Positions 35,876 through 46,790 of a stretch of 64,000 nt of DNA are shown piece by piece. How positions within the stretch are numbered: the stretch's first letter is position 1; the number at the start of each line of letters is the position of its first letter. The notes beneath the pieces are model-generated. The model was not told where the DNA came from and did not search any database. It saw nothing but the letters and a program-made list of their open reading frames with translations. Position numbers and translations under genes: made by a program. The DNA comes from Macrostomum lignano. Its lineage: Eukaryota. The stretch is taken from positions 124,001 to 188,000 of the forward strand of contig NIVC01001003.1 in assembly GCA_002269645.1 (NCBI GenBank), written 5' to 3'.

Positions 35876-38177
35876 TGGATGCTGCGTTGTCGAACACGGC
35901 CAACATTGAAGCGTTGTCCGACTTTCAACACCGTCCCCTCTTGAACTAGTTGGCCATAGCGAGGGCCTCTGACCAGTATCAGTTCGAGTCGCTCCGGCCC
36001 AGTATCACTGTCCGTCGCAATCAACTGATGCCCATCTAATGAAGTATGACTGTTTCGTGTTACGGAGGCAACCGCACCAAAGGCGCTGCTGTTGCTACAG
36101 ATTCGAAGTCTCGGCTTCATATCATCGACCGCTCGAACAAAAAACGACAGCTTGTGCGGCAGTGCGCGATTCCGATTGAAGTCGAGCGGCTGTAGCAACA
36201 TTTCAACAGGCCTGCCCGAAGAACCAACGTCTTCTAACGGTGGTACATACCTCACATAGCCATTGTTAATGTCTTCCTGGCTGAACCAAGTCAGTGTTGC
36301 GATCTCCTGAATCTTTGTCGAGGACGAAGACAATCGTCGAGCATCAATCAGACGTCCGGCATCTAGGCTAAGGTTGGCTCCGATAGTAGTGAAATGCGGC
36401 TGGAGCAGCACCTCGTATCCGATTTGACTTGGCGACAAGCCGACTGTCTCATAGTTGAGAATGCTTCTATTGATTCGAAGACCCTCTCGTTGCGTTTCTG
36501 GCAGGGAAAGAATCACACGATGACGAATAGACTTATTTTCCAAGGTGGCCTTGGGCTGAATAACGATTTGTATCACTAATTCAGTTAAATCGGATTGACC
36601 GATCTGGCGGATTTTCAATGAATCCATTTCAGTTATTGAATCTCCATGATTAACGTAGCAAATTGTTCTGGTGAACAAATCTGCAAGTGTGAACTGCTCG
36701 ACAGAACCAACTCTTCCCGATGTGTTGACTTGGTTGTTAGCTCAGACATGATAAGACCACCTGCGACTGGCTGTTGTGTAACTCTGTACTGCAGCTGCAC
36801 CCCATCTGCCAATAGATATTTTAGGACACTCTCATTAATTGCTTCCTCTCCAATGCAAAGCGTTCCAGATGGCGTCAACCGTATCTTATTCGAGATTTTA
36901 GTGAAGACGCAGCGTCCCAGTTTCGAACAACACGGATTGGAAACTGAAAGGAGACACGGATGCCTCGAAAGACGGCGCGCAATCCGATGCTATCGTGTCT
37001 TGGCAAGTTGCCGTTGTGTATATAGGCGATGCGAAACTTCCAGAAGCGAGCCAGCCTTCTAGAGTTAAAAGAACGCAGTGGCGCGCCGTTTATTGTAAGA
37101 CGACCGCTGTAGGGATCGCGTTTAACACGAAAACGTACAGTTTCGGACCAGCTGGCGCTTTGCAGATTGTGCGGTCGGAGCAAAGCAGTTCCGCCTGTAC
37201 AGACTCGCATGGGGCTCGTGAACAGCTGCAGGCGCCTGTGCTGCACTCTGCTGACCAGCTGCAGTGTTACTTCAGGACCCACTCGCAACAGGGTGTCAAT
37301 AGGTCTGAGTCGAAGATGAAATTGAATCCTGTCAGCTGAAGTGACGCCAAGTACTTGAAGAGCGATATGGCCAGAGCGGAGGTCTGCCAGCTCGAAGCCA
37401 TCCAGAGGGATGGATCCGGGCTCTCTGATATCAACGAGGGTAACGTTAAGACCTGTAGATGCAACGACTGTGAACTCCAGTAGCTGCACAACTAGATTAG
37501 TGACGTTAGCTAAAACTAAATTTTTCGGCAGAGTGGCTGGCAGACCGCCTGAGTACGAAATATCAAAATACCGGTGTGGGAGCGCAAAGTCGGTAAAGGC
37601 AGCGAAGCCGCATCCCTGGTTGGTGTCAAACGGATGCTCAGATAGATGTTTTCATACAGCGTCTCCGATGCGCTGGCACCGAACCGCAGCACTTTCACAG
37701 ATACCGGCAGATAGTCGAACTCAAGTCCTACTTTGGTGCCGATCCTTTCATATTTGTACGCCGACAGTAGGAACAGGTGACAGTCAAGCCGGAACTCCTG
37801 CATCACTTGTTCGCGATCATTCAGCAGCCGACCAGCCAGTGGCCAATGCCTGAAGGTGCGCCATTCCCGTCGATGCTCAATTGTACACCTCTCAGTCTGG
37901 GGATCGTAGGCAAATCTGATCGCATTAGAACTGATCGGCTGTGTGCGGCCTCTGGAGCCGTGAACGCGAGGGGCTCAGGCCCAGCCAGCACGAGTCTACG
38001 ACCTTCAGATGCACTTTTAGAGAGATTTACTCGAACCTCCAGCCTCAGTGGCAATACTATTGTGTTGTTCTTTCCAAAGAAATACTGCACTTGTAGGCGC
38101 ACAGAGTCACGGACGCTGAACGGTGATCCTTCGTGCTCGTAATAGACATCACCGTCTCCGAAGAAGCAGTCGAATAC
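35876..38177 (-). CDS. FREM1: FREM1-like exon 2 (NV domain + CSPG repeats), four apparent -1 frameshifts
   Basis: VFDCFFGDGDVYYEHEGSP, TQPISSNAIRFAYD, LAGRLL..DCHLFL and EQFTLADL..ICYVNHG are FREM/CSPG motifs spread over successive frames. Shifts near 37970, 37530, 36910 and 36742. Donor CA|GTAAGT. Confidence 0.82.
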
Positions 38178-38226
38178 CTGAAAGTTATGCCGCATTTTGA
38201 ATTTGAGACACAGGATTGCTTTAAAT

Positions 38227-38768
38227 CAGGGGTCGGCGAGCTCCTGCCCGCGGGCCACATGCGTCCCGCGAAGCCTCTCTATCCGGCCTATGGGACCTTT
38301 AAAATTTCACAATGCGCTCGTAGCAATCCGGCCTGCTCAATGTTTATATCTCTTCCCAGCGCTCTTCTTTCTAATCTATAATTTCTTCTCTTCTCCTCTT
38401 CTCTCCTCTCATCTCCTCTCTTCTCTATTTATTCTCTCGCGTATCTCTCCCTTCTCTATTCATTCTCCTCTCTCCCCACCGGCCCGCACTCATTCTCTAG
38501 GTCAGGGATCGGCAAACTTTTTTACCTCAAGGGCCAAATAGAGAACCCAGCGCAGATTGTGGGCCAGAGGAGGGGGAGAGATGAAGGAAAAGAGAAGAAA
38601 GATAGGCGAATGGAGATAAGGTGAAGGAATAAAGAAGAGAAGAGAGTAGAGACAAGGAGCTAAGAAGAGACACAAGCCTTGAGCGGGCCGGATTGCTTTT
38701 GGGAAGATTCAAAGAGCCGGATAGAGAGGCTTTGCGGGCCGTATGTGGCAGGAGTTTGCTGACCCCTG
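38227..38768. mobile_element. hAT (Charlie-like) MITE in FREM1 intron 1, with internal CT-rich tracts and a nested hAT end
   Basis: CAGGGGTCGGCGAGCTCC ... GGAGTTTGCTGACCCCTG; 8-bp TSD CTTTAAAT at 38219-38226 and 38769-38776; CAGGGATCGGCAAAC inside at ~38502. Confidence 0.9.
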
Positions 38769-38814
38769 CTTTAAATTTTCGGTTAATAAATAGTAACGCA
38801 TGCGTATAACTAAC

Positions 38815-39081
38815 CTTGGGTTTCACCTGACCGACAGTCTGACTGAGACAGTCGGATCCGTCGACCTCAACTTTGCAAACGCCGTCACGGGCAGCCTCAT
38901 TAACCATTAGATGGCTGAAGCGACTCAGATTGGTGCGCCTGCCCTGCGCGACCTCGATTGGCCGCCTTGGACCGTCGGCCAGCACGCGAGGCAGCCGGTA
39001 GCGGTCGGTCTCGGAGCTGGCAGCGAGCAGCGCCCACCAGCAGCATAGGGAAATGGCAACTAGTACCCGGTGGCTGGCCAT
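38815..39081 (-). CDS. FREM1: FREM1-like ECM protein, exon 1 (signal peptide, start of NV domain)
   Basis: MASHRVLVAISLCCWWALLAASS signal; CKVEV...QTVGQVKPK; AAG|GTTAGT donor, phase 0. Confidence 0.85.
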
Positions 39082-41211
39082 CGCGACCAGGAACGGGTGC
39101 CGGAAGTTCTGTGGCTAAGGGGTTATATGTTCCTTCTTGAGCATTGAATTTGTTTGCTTTGCGCTCAATATTATATCGGACTGATGTTAGTACTGATGCA
39201 CTCCAATTGGTCAGTTGATCTAGACCAATGGGCCCATCTCATAAATTTTTCGAGTGTTGCTTCACAATAAGAGAGCGTCTAGAGCGTGTTTCTCCCGTTA
39301 TAACTGCGACAACTTTCCATTGCTACTATCAGTAATACCTACTGTTCAGCCTTGCAAATTTTTTTTTCTGCAAGTTAGCAAAATACGGTTTTAAATACGA
39401 AAACTAGCATCGCATTTTTCTTTGGATGTGTAAAGTTCTATTTTCTTGATGAAAAAATACATTAAAGCTTAGGAGCTGGTGGGTTCTGGTCTTACTTCCG
39501 ATTTCTGACAGAAGGCGTTGATATGCATACCGGATGCAAACTAAACGAACAGAGCTAAAGCACAAAATCTGAACCCGACTGAAACCCGAGAATTATGAAG
39601 GTTATGAGGCTAGTTAACGAATTTGCTTAAATAAAAGCTTTAATTGAAATGCAAGCTAACTCTGTATTGCCCGAGTCAGTTGGCTCAATACATCTATCTA
39701 TACAGAAAAGCCTATAGAGCTCGGAAATTCGGCAGAATAGACAGCCTAAAACAGGCAAAGCAAAGAGATCAGATAGGCAAGACGGATCCAATTAAAATGA
39801 TCAAAAAGGCTTGAGGCAAGTCAGACAATAGAAGCCAGAAAGCAAGCACAACAATGTAGGTCACAGCGACGAATAGCAAGAATATAGAAGCCCCTATCCA
39901 TTCCAGATTAAGACAAAAGCAAGGCGGTTGACACGCGAAGGCAGCCAGGCGGAAAATATTAATGAGCACGACGAATGCCTAAACCGCAGGTGACCAACCC
40001 CAAGGAGCGTGGCAACCGAAAGAGCTGTCTCAGCCATCCTGGCAAGTTAAATCTTTGTATCAATTTGTGCTGCAAGTTGATTACACTGAGTAAACCGCGA
40101 TCTCAGATTTTAAGCCCTCTCTAAAAGTGCAGCAGTCACTATGCTAGGCAAGCTCTGGAGTTCGGAATACCCGTAGAAAGTAGATCGATGTTAAGAAGGT
40201 TAAGAAGGAAATGAAAAAAATTGAAAGGCTTACAAAGTTTGGATCCTTTGGAATTATCTTCGAAGAGAAATCGGAGAAATCGGAGCGGTACACAGCCGTG
40301 GAGTGTTGAACTAAAAGAGCTTGTTCGAGAACGGAGAGTCACACTGAGGCTAGTTTAAGTATGCGTGACCCCATACAATCCAAAACCATTTTCTACAGCT
40401 GTCAATATTTAGCGCAAATTTTTCCTGTGTCAATATGCCACTGACTGTTAGACCCAGTATTGTGTGTTTTTATTCCTTAGATGAAGCACTAAACTTCGTT
40501 GAGCCATTAGAGAAGAAGTCAAGTAGTTGAGAATTTTACACAGCTAGGTAGAGAGCTATCAAGCCTTCGTCAAGTTTTTTAACTCAACACTGAAATTTTC
40601 TGCACCCCGCAGCTGAGACTAGCATCGCATTGTCGTATTGGGTTTGTAAAGCTAAGAACTCAGTTGAGTCAAAGAATCTTTGGACTTGGTCATGCCGTCC
40701 TTTCATAACTACGAGCGTATTGAAGAAAGTCTAGATTTCTTTGATTCATTAGTTTTATTTAATTAATATAGTTAAAAAATAGTACATAGGTGACCAACGA
40801 AGGCAGAGCTGATGCAGACACTTGTGGTCGATGTGCTGATGAAGAGAGGCTTGGCAAGGCTGCACAAAGTTGCAGTACTGATTGGCGCACGGGGGTTGCA
40901 TTGAATACACTTGCGCTTATGGAAAAAATCCGACCTTCTGGCAGAATCGTCGAATATCTCAACGGTCGGGAGGGTTGGCGACTTGGTTCTTCTTTGAGAA
41001 AGTGCGCAACAGAAAGTCAGCTCGAGTTCTGGAATTTCTGCGTGCATCCTTGTACGACCTCATCTTTGATATACTAGCGCCGTTCTTGCTTCCAGCATTT
41101 GGTGTGCTAGCAATGAGCAGTTCTCAACTAGGCAAAGAGCACCACAATCTTATATCATAGTCACAAACTCCAATGCCTACCTTCGCCAGTAGATTGACTT
41201 CCACGTTGCTA

Positions 41212-41714
41212 GAGAGGACAGAAGGGAGAGGAGAGGAGAAGAGAGAGGGGAGAGGAGAGAGAAGAGAATAATAGAGGGGAGAGGAGAGAAGAGAGGGGAG
41301 AGGAAAAAAGAGAGGGTAGTGGAGAGAAAACAAGGGAGAGGAGAGAAGAGAGAGGGGAGAGGAGAGGAGAGAAGAGAGAGGGGAGAGGAGAGGAGAGAGA
41401 GGGGAGAGGAGAGGAGAGAGAGGGGAGAGGAGAGGAGAGAGAGGGGAGAGGAGAGAAGAGAGAGGGGAGAGGAGAGAAGAGAGAGGGGAGAGGGGAGGAG
41501 AGAGAGGGGAGAGGGGAGGAGAGAGAGGGGAGAGGAGAGAAGAGAAAGGAGAGGAGAGAAGAGAGGGGAGAGGAGAGAAGAAAAGGGAGAGGAGGAGAAG
41601 AGAGGGGAGAGGAGAGGAGAGAGAGGAGAGGAGAGAAGAGAAAGGAGAGGAGAGAAGAGAGGGGAGAGGAGAGAAGAGAGGGGAGAGAAGAGAGAGGAGA
41701 GAAGAGAGGGGAGA

Positions 41715-41748
<34 letters not shown>

Positions 41749-41815
41749 GAGAGAAGAGAGAGGAGAGAAGAGAGGGGAGACGAGAGAAGAGAGGGGAGAA
41801 GAGAGAGAGGGGAGA

Positions 41816-41850
<35 letters not shown>

Positions 41851-41881
41851 GAGAAGAGAGGGAGAGAGAGAGAGGGGAGAC

Positions 41882-41912
<31 letters not shown>

Positions 41913-41950
41913 GGGAGAAAAGAGAACAGGAGAGAAAAGAAAGGATAGAG
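41212..41950. repeat. Polypurine GAGAG(G/A) array
   Basis: Direct inspection. Confidence 0.95.
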
Positions 41951-41952
41951 AA

Positions 41953-41991
41953 GCACATGTGGCCCGTGGACCAATGTTTGCCGACCCCCTG
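41953..41991. mobile_element. Single hAT-MITE terminus adjoining the GA array
   Basis: CATGTGGCCCGTGGACCAATGTTTGCCGACCCCCTG resembles the termini of the 38227 element; no matching opposite end found. Confidence 0.6.
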
Positions 41992-42489
41992 ATTTAGGGC
42001 GCCAAAATGAGTCTTAGATGAAGCAAAAATCAGTACAGTACTGACAAACACCTGTACCCAAAATACGGTAATATAGGGACTTTTTGTTTTTGATTCCTGG
42101 AATCGTACCCCCTAAACAATCATGAAATCCCTGGCGACGCTCCAGTTTCAGCTGTTTACGAGTAAAATTGCAGCCAAATTTAGCAGCAACATCTGCTTCT
42201 CCGAGCACAGCTGGCCGGATGCATTTAGGTAGGCGGTTTTGATTGCTTATAATTAATGTTTACCTTGACAGGATAGCAGAATAATGCCGAATATCATCCG
42301 AGAAGAAGGGTGAGTCTCAAGTCTCAGTTCCATGCCGGAATCCGCATTGAATTCGACTCGGGCAGCGATGATTGGCCGCTGCCTACGAATCACTCGGCAG
42401 GCGCGTGAATTCTGACTGCATTTAAGCGGAGCAGTGGACTGGCCTCGGGACTGCGAATTTAATGCCTCACTGTCGCAACTACAGCTAAC

Positions 42490-42637
42490 ATGAAGATTCT
42501 ATTGGTTGCTATCACCATCTGTCTGTTGGTCTTTGCTGCGACTAGCGCCTCAGCTATTAGCAGGAACCGTCCTCTAGTGCAGCCGGTTGCCAAGGCGGAT
42601 CACCTGGCTATCAAGCGACTGGCCAACAGAGTCACTT
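42490..42637 (+). CDS. Secreted Cys-rich cationic peptide precursor, exon 1 (signal + propeptide)
   Basis: MKILLVAITICLLVFAATSASA signal; KR dibasic site; strong T|GTAAGC donor, phase 1. Confidence 0.8.
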
Positions 42638-42724
42638 GTAAGCCGAGCCGTACTAAAGCCGAAGATTCAGTTCAGAAAAATCAAGTGAATTCAACACTCT
42701 CTCTCTCCTTGCTTATGCTTTCAG

Positions 42725-42849
42725 ACAGCTGGACATTCGTCTGCAACCTTTACTGCAGGATACTGGGCGGCCGATACTCCCGGCGCTGCGTCCGCAACTA
42801 TGCCACCACGGTCTTGGCCGAACGTTGTCCCTGCTTCTGCTATAAATAA
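42725..42849 (+). CDS. Secreted Cys-rich cationic peptide precursor, exon 2 (defensin/mytilin-like 6-Cys domain)
   Basis: ctctccttgcttatgctttcag|AC acceptor; 87-nt intron; YSWTFVCNLYCRILGGRYSRRCVRNYATTVLAERCPCFCYK*. Confidence 0.8.
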
Positions 42850-43268
42850 CTAATTGGGTAGTGATGTGGCGAATGCCATAGTTCGCGTTCACGATCGAAG
42901 CAATGATTATAAAACTTTTGTTGTGATTAGAATGTCTGCAAGCCCGATTGCCCGCTTTAAAACTTTGAAATAGACCAAGTTTTTTAATCCAACATTCGGG
43001 AACAACAACAAAATGAGCAAAATCTGTGAAATTTTGGCTTTCGAAGGCTTTATTTAACGGTAACTTGGAAGTCAGTGAAAAATTGAAAAATTGAAAAAAA
43101 ATATTCTACTGCAATTACAGGGAGAAATATTTTATGCCGGAACATTCATATAATTTTTCATTGTTGACATTGTCTGACAAACAAAAATTTTATTCAACGA
43201 ATTCCTTTCAATATCACCCTATATCAGCTTATGTAGAACTAACTGAATGTGGAACCACAGATCATGTA

Positions 43269-44613
43269 CTTCGGCTGTCCGGAAAGTCGTGAGAATGTGT
43301 CAATTAAGCAAGAAAGCAGCAAGCTGTTGACGTGGCACACAGAAATTTTCAATAATAGACTCATATAGTTCTATGGTGAAAATTCTTGTTACTCTAGTAG
43401 CAAAATTGGGGGCAGGGGCGAGCTCAGTGCTCAATAGCAAATGCAACGCGGTGATCAAGCTTGAAAATTTTGACAGCGAGTTCTTCAAAATGGAAGACTT
43501 CCAGGGTTATGCCTATGCTAGATACCGTCTTGGAATCTCCGCTCTCAGCTGCCATGACGAGCTGCTTAAAGTTTATGGAGATGCTGCACCAGGTCAGTCA
43601 ACGGTTTACAGATGGTATTCGAAGTTCTGTGACGAAGCATTTCCCCGGTCTCAGCTCCTCGAACTGGCCGGCCACGGTCAACAAGGACAGCGGAACTGAT
43701 CGAAACCTGCCGAGCTCTTATTGAAGAGGATCCAAAAGTTAGTGTCCGAGACCTCGCTGACTTTTTGGAAGTTGGAAAAACAACAGTGCGCGAAATTTTG
43801 ACTGAGGATTTGCACCTTCGAAACGTTTCTGCTGTCTGGGTTCCGCATGCTTTATCCGAGGAGAACAAGACTGCTCGCATCAATTGTGCCAAGCAAATTC
43901 GCAGGCTTTTTTACAACAAAGGGCATGGAAAACTTTTGCGACAAGTACGTGGTGGAGGATGAGACATGGGTGTACCTGAACAACACTGGCACAAAGCAAA
44001 ACAACAGGTGCTAGCTTGGCCAAGGAGATCATCGGCCCCAGGTTGTCAGGCACTCAGTCGGCAATGCAAAGACAATGCTTCTGGTTGCTTTTACTCCAAG
44101 CAAGCGCTTCTCCATTGAATCCACAGCCCCAAAGCAAACTGTTGATGCAAATGGCATAGTTGAGTTCATTCGGCACACGGGAGACCTATGGCGTACTCTC
44201 GAGTCAAGGCCAATTCATCTGTCGGATGTTCTTTGGCAGTGGGACAATGCGCGACCTCACGTGGCTCGTTCTGTGCAGCAGTACATGGAGTCCCGTGGAG
44301 TTCAGCTGGTGTTTCAGAGTCCTTACAGCCCAGACTTCAATCTGTGCGACCGTTTTTTGTTCAGTTGGATGAAGACTGATTTCTCCAGGCGAGTGTTCAG
44401 CGATCACAATCAATTTCGAGAAGCTGCGTTGCAATAGGCAAGAGGCCTTGACGAAGATTGCTTGAAAAGAGAGGTTCAGCGACTCGTTGACCATTGCCAA
44501 GCTGTAATCAACGCAAGGAAAGATTACATTACCAACTAGTACAGTTATCGTGTTTTCTGATAGTTCTGACTGGTTTTTTAAATACATTCTCACGACTTTC
44601 CGGACAGCCGGAG
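43269..44613 (+). mobile_element. Tc1/mariner (DD34D mariner) element, 1345 bp
   Basis: TIRs CTTCGGCTGTCCGGAAAGTCGTGAGAATGT / ACATTCTCACGACTTTCCGGACAGCCGGAG; TA TSD at 43267-68 and 44614-15. Confidence 0.96.
43490..44539 (+). pseudogene. Decayed mariner transposase
   Basis: TVYRWY..F, TGRP, WVPH.L, DETW, WDNARPH and SPYSPDFNLCD (34 residues between catalytic Asps). Two frameshifts (~43650, ~43920) and two in-frame TAG stops. Confidence 0.93.
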
Positions 44614-44749
44614 TACATCACCTGTTCATAAATTTTACGTTTATTATAAATAATTGGAATCGGAATTCTTTAAAAACAATGCTTGCAACAGAAATCATAG
44701 TAAAAAAAAACAATTTTTGCAAAGAAACTTAAAGGGTTTCACCTAGATT

Positions 44750-45160
44750 ACATGTACAATACATGGTATCACCAGACAAAAGTACATGGTATCACCAGAC
44801 AAAAGTACATGGTATCACCAGACACAAGTACATGGTATCACCAGACACAAGTACATGGTATCACCAGACACAAGTACATGGTATCACCAGACACAAGTAC
44901 ATGGTATCACCAGACACATAAGTACATGGTATCACCAGACACAAGTACATGGTATCACCAGACAAAAGTACATGGTATCACCAGACAAAAGTACATGGTA
45001 TCACCAGACACAAGTACATGGTATCACCAGACACAAGTACATGGTATCCCCAGACACAAGTACATGGTATCACCAGACACATAAGTACATGGTATCACCA
45101 GACACAAGTACATGATATCACCAGACAAAAGTACATGGGATCACCAGACACAAGTACATG
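44750..45160. repeat. 23-bp minisatellite (AAGTACATGGTATCACCAGACAC)
   Basis: Direct periodicity, ~17 copies. Confidence 0.96.
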
Positions 45161-45539
45161 TAAGAACAACTAAAAAACTAGCCTCTTAAATAAAAAATAC
45201 GCGAATAACACGACCGAGAAGACGTGAGAAAGCAAGACAACCATCACAGAATCATTCATTACAAGAACTCCTATTAAAAGTCAAAAGTGAGTATTCATTC
45301 CTAAAAAATCATAGAAAAAAATTCAGTTTTGTACTCATTACAAAAGGCATAAAAAATCTGCGGGTATGACAAACTTAGCTTTTAAGATAATTTCTACAGA
45401 CTTTGATACGCAAGCAAATAACAGCAGAATCAGGAAAGACCTCACTGCAGTTAGCGCTGTCTACAAAGCTTTTTAACACATTACATGCACACTGAATCAA
45501 CACCATAATTGACTTCTGAGAGATCACGCTCTCCCGTAC

Positions 45540-46348
45540 CCGTTTTGGCCATGGACATTTCGCCCCCAACCCAGACCATTTCGCCCATAGTCCGTTTCGC
45601 CCATTAACCAGTAATTGGCTATAGGCGTTTCGGCCAAAATGGTGATTATGTAATTTAGAGATTCAGCCATACATGTATCTTTATTTTCTAGTTTTTAATG
45701 CTAATTTTTAGTTTTATTGTGTAATAAAAGATGATCTGAATTGTTTCTACAACGATTGTGTTATTGCGTTATCGCGATTTTGTTTATTACGATTGTGAAT
45801 TATTATGAGTTTTTTCTTAGTCATTCCTTTCAAAAGTGCGACAATTAAAGCAAATTTGAACAATCAGAGGGTAAAAAAAGGGTTTGGCCTGGAATGAATT
45901 GAATTGAATTGAAGTTACGATGTACAAGTATAATTATTTCTCAGTCAGTCAGTAATGCAATACACTACTATTCTCTTTTCTTTTACTTTTAAGTTACTTC
46001 TCTAAGTTGTGGGCATTCGTTGCCACCTTTGCCAAACTGGAGCAATTGGAGGCGAAACGGTCCATGGCCGAAACGGTCTATGGGCGAAACGGTCTGTGGC
46101 AGGGGCGTAGCCAGGAATTTCTCACGGGGGATGCAGGGGATAGCTGCTGCTACTTGTACTTGCTGGCCTACTAATGGGCAGTTCACAGGAAAATTAAGCG
46201 CCATAAATCAATTTCTTACACCCACCAACCAGGCCCACGGGGTGTACATCCCCGAATCCCCCCCTTGCCTACGCCACTGGTCAAAATGGTCTGGGGGCGA
46301 AATGTCCATGGCCGAAACGGTTTGTGGGCGAAACGACCGCGGTTACCC
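45540..46348. mobile_element. Foldback-element remnant with TTTCGCCC subrepeats
   Basis: GGCCATGGACATTTCGCCCCC at the left is inverted as GGGGGCGAAATGTCCATGGCC at the right; right end GGTTACCC resembles the 10117 element; left end ragged, no TSD seen. Confidence 0.6.
46100..46279. mobile_element. CAGGGGCGTAGCCAGG-family MITE nested in the foldback remnant
   Basis: TIR pair CAGGGGCGTAG / CTACGCCACTG; TSD not retained. Confidence 0.7.
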
Positions 46349-46600
46349 ATTTTAAAATGTATTATTTGCTGCTACTGTTACTAAAAACATTCGCTTTGGT
46401 ATTAATACTTCGAAAACCGAAATAATTAGACTGTTACTGGCTGAAAAGTATTGTTTTGTCTGAGCCAATTTCTACACTTAACTGCCTACTACGGCGCCGC
46501 CCCCGCCCGTTCGCTCATGGCGGCCGCTTGCACGGTAGCACCGTAGCTGTGATATGACCATGCAAAATTACATTTGAAGGCAGACAATTTCACCCACAAG

Positions 46601-46790
46601 CAGGGGCGTAGCCAGGAATTTCCTACGGGGGATACAACAAGGTGAATTTTCTACGGGGGGGATATACCAAGGTGAAAGTGCTATGACAGTCACATGGTGT
46701 AGCATGTATAGCAACAAAGGGCAACGAAAAAGTTTTGGTCAGGCTCTTCGGGGGGATACATCCCCCCTATCCCCCCTCCCTACGCCCCTG
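46601..46790. mobile_element. hAT-type MITE, 190 bp, 8-bp TSD
   Basis: CAGGGGCGTAG ... CTACGCCCCTG; TSD CCCACAAG on both sides. A further right end occurs near 53525. Confidence 0.9.

Noticed and set aside
39769-39969. Hydrophobic minus-strand ORF as a membrane protein
   Set aside because: Hydrophobicity follows from the A-rich + strand; no ATG start or splice support.
42684-42724. Alternative 40-nt intron (GTGAAT donor) in the peptide gene
   Set aside because: It shifts the frame and destroys the six-Cys domain; the GTAAGC donor at 42638 is stronger and keeps the frame.
43490-44539. Active or domesticated (SETMAR-like) transposase
   Set aside because: Two frameshifts and two TAG stops; intact TIRs and TA TSD; no fused domain.
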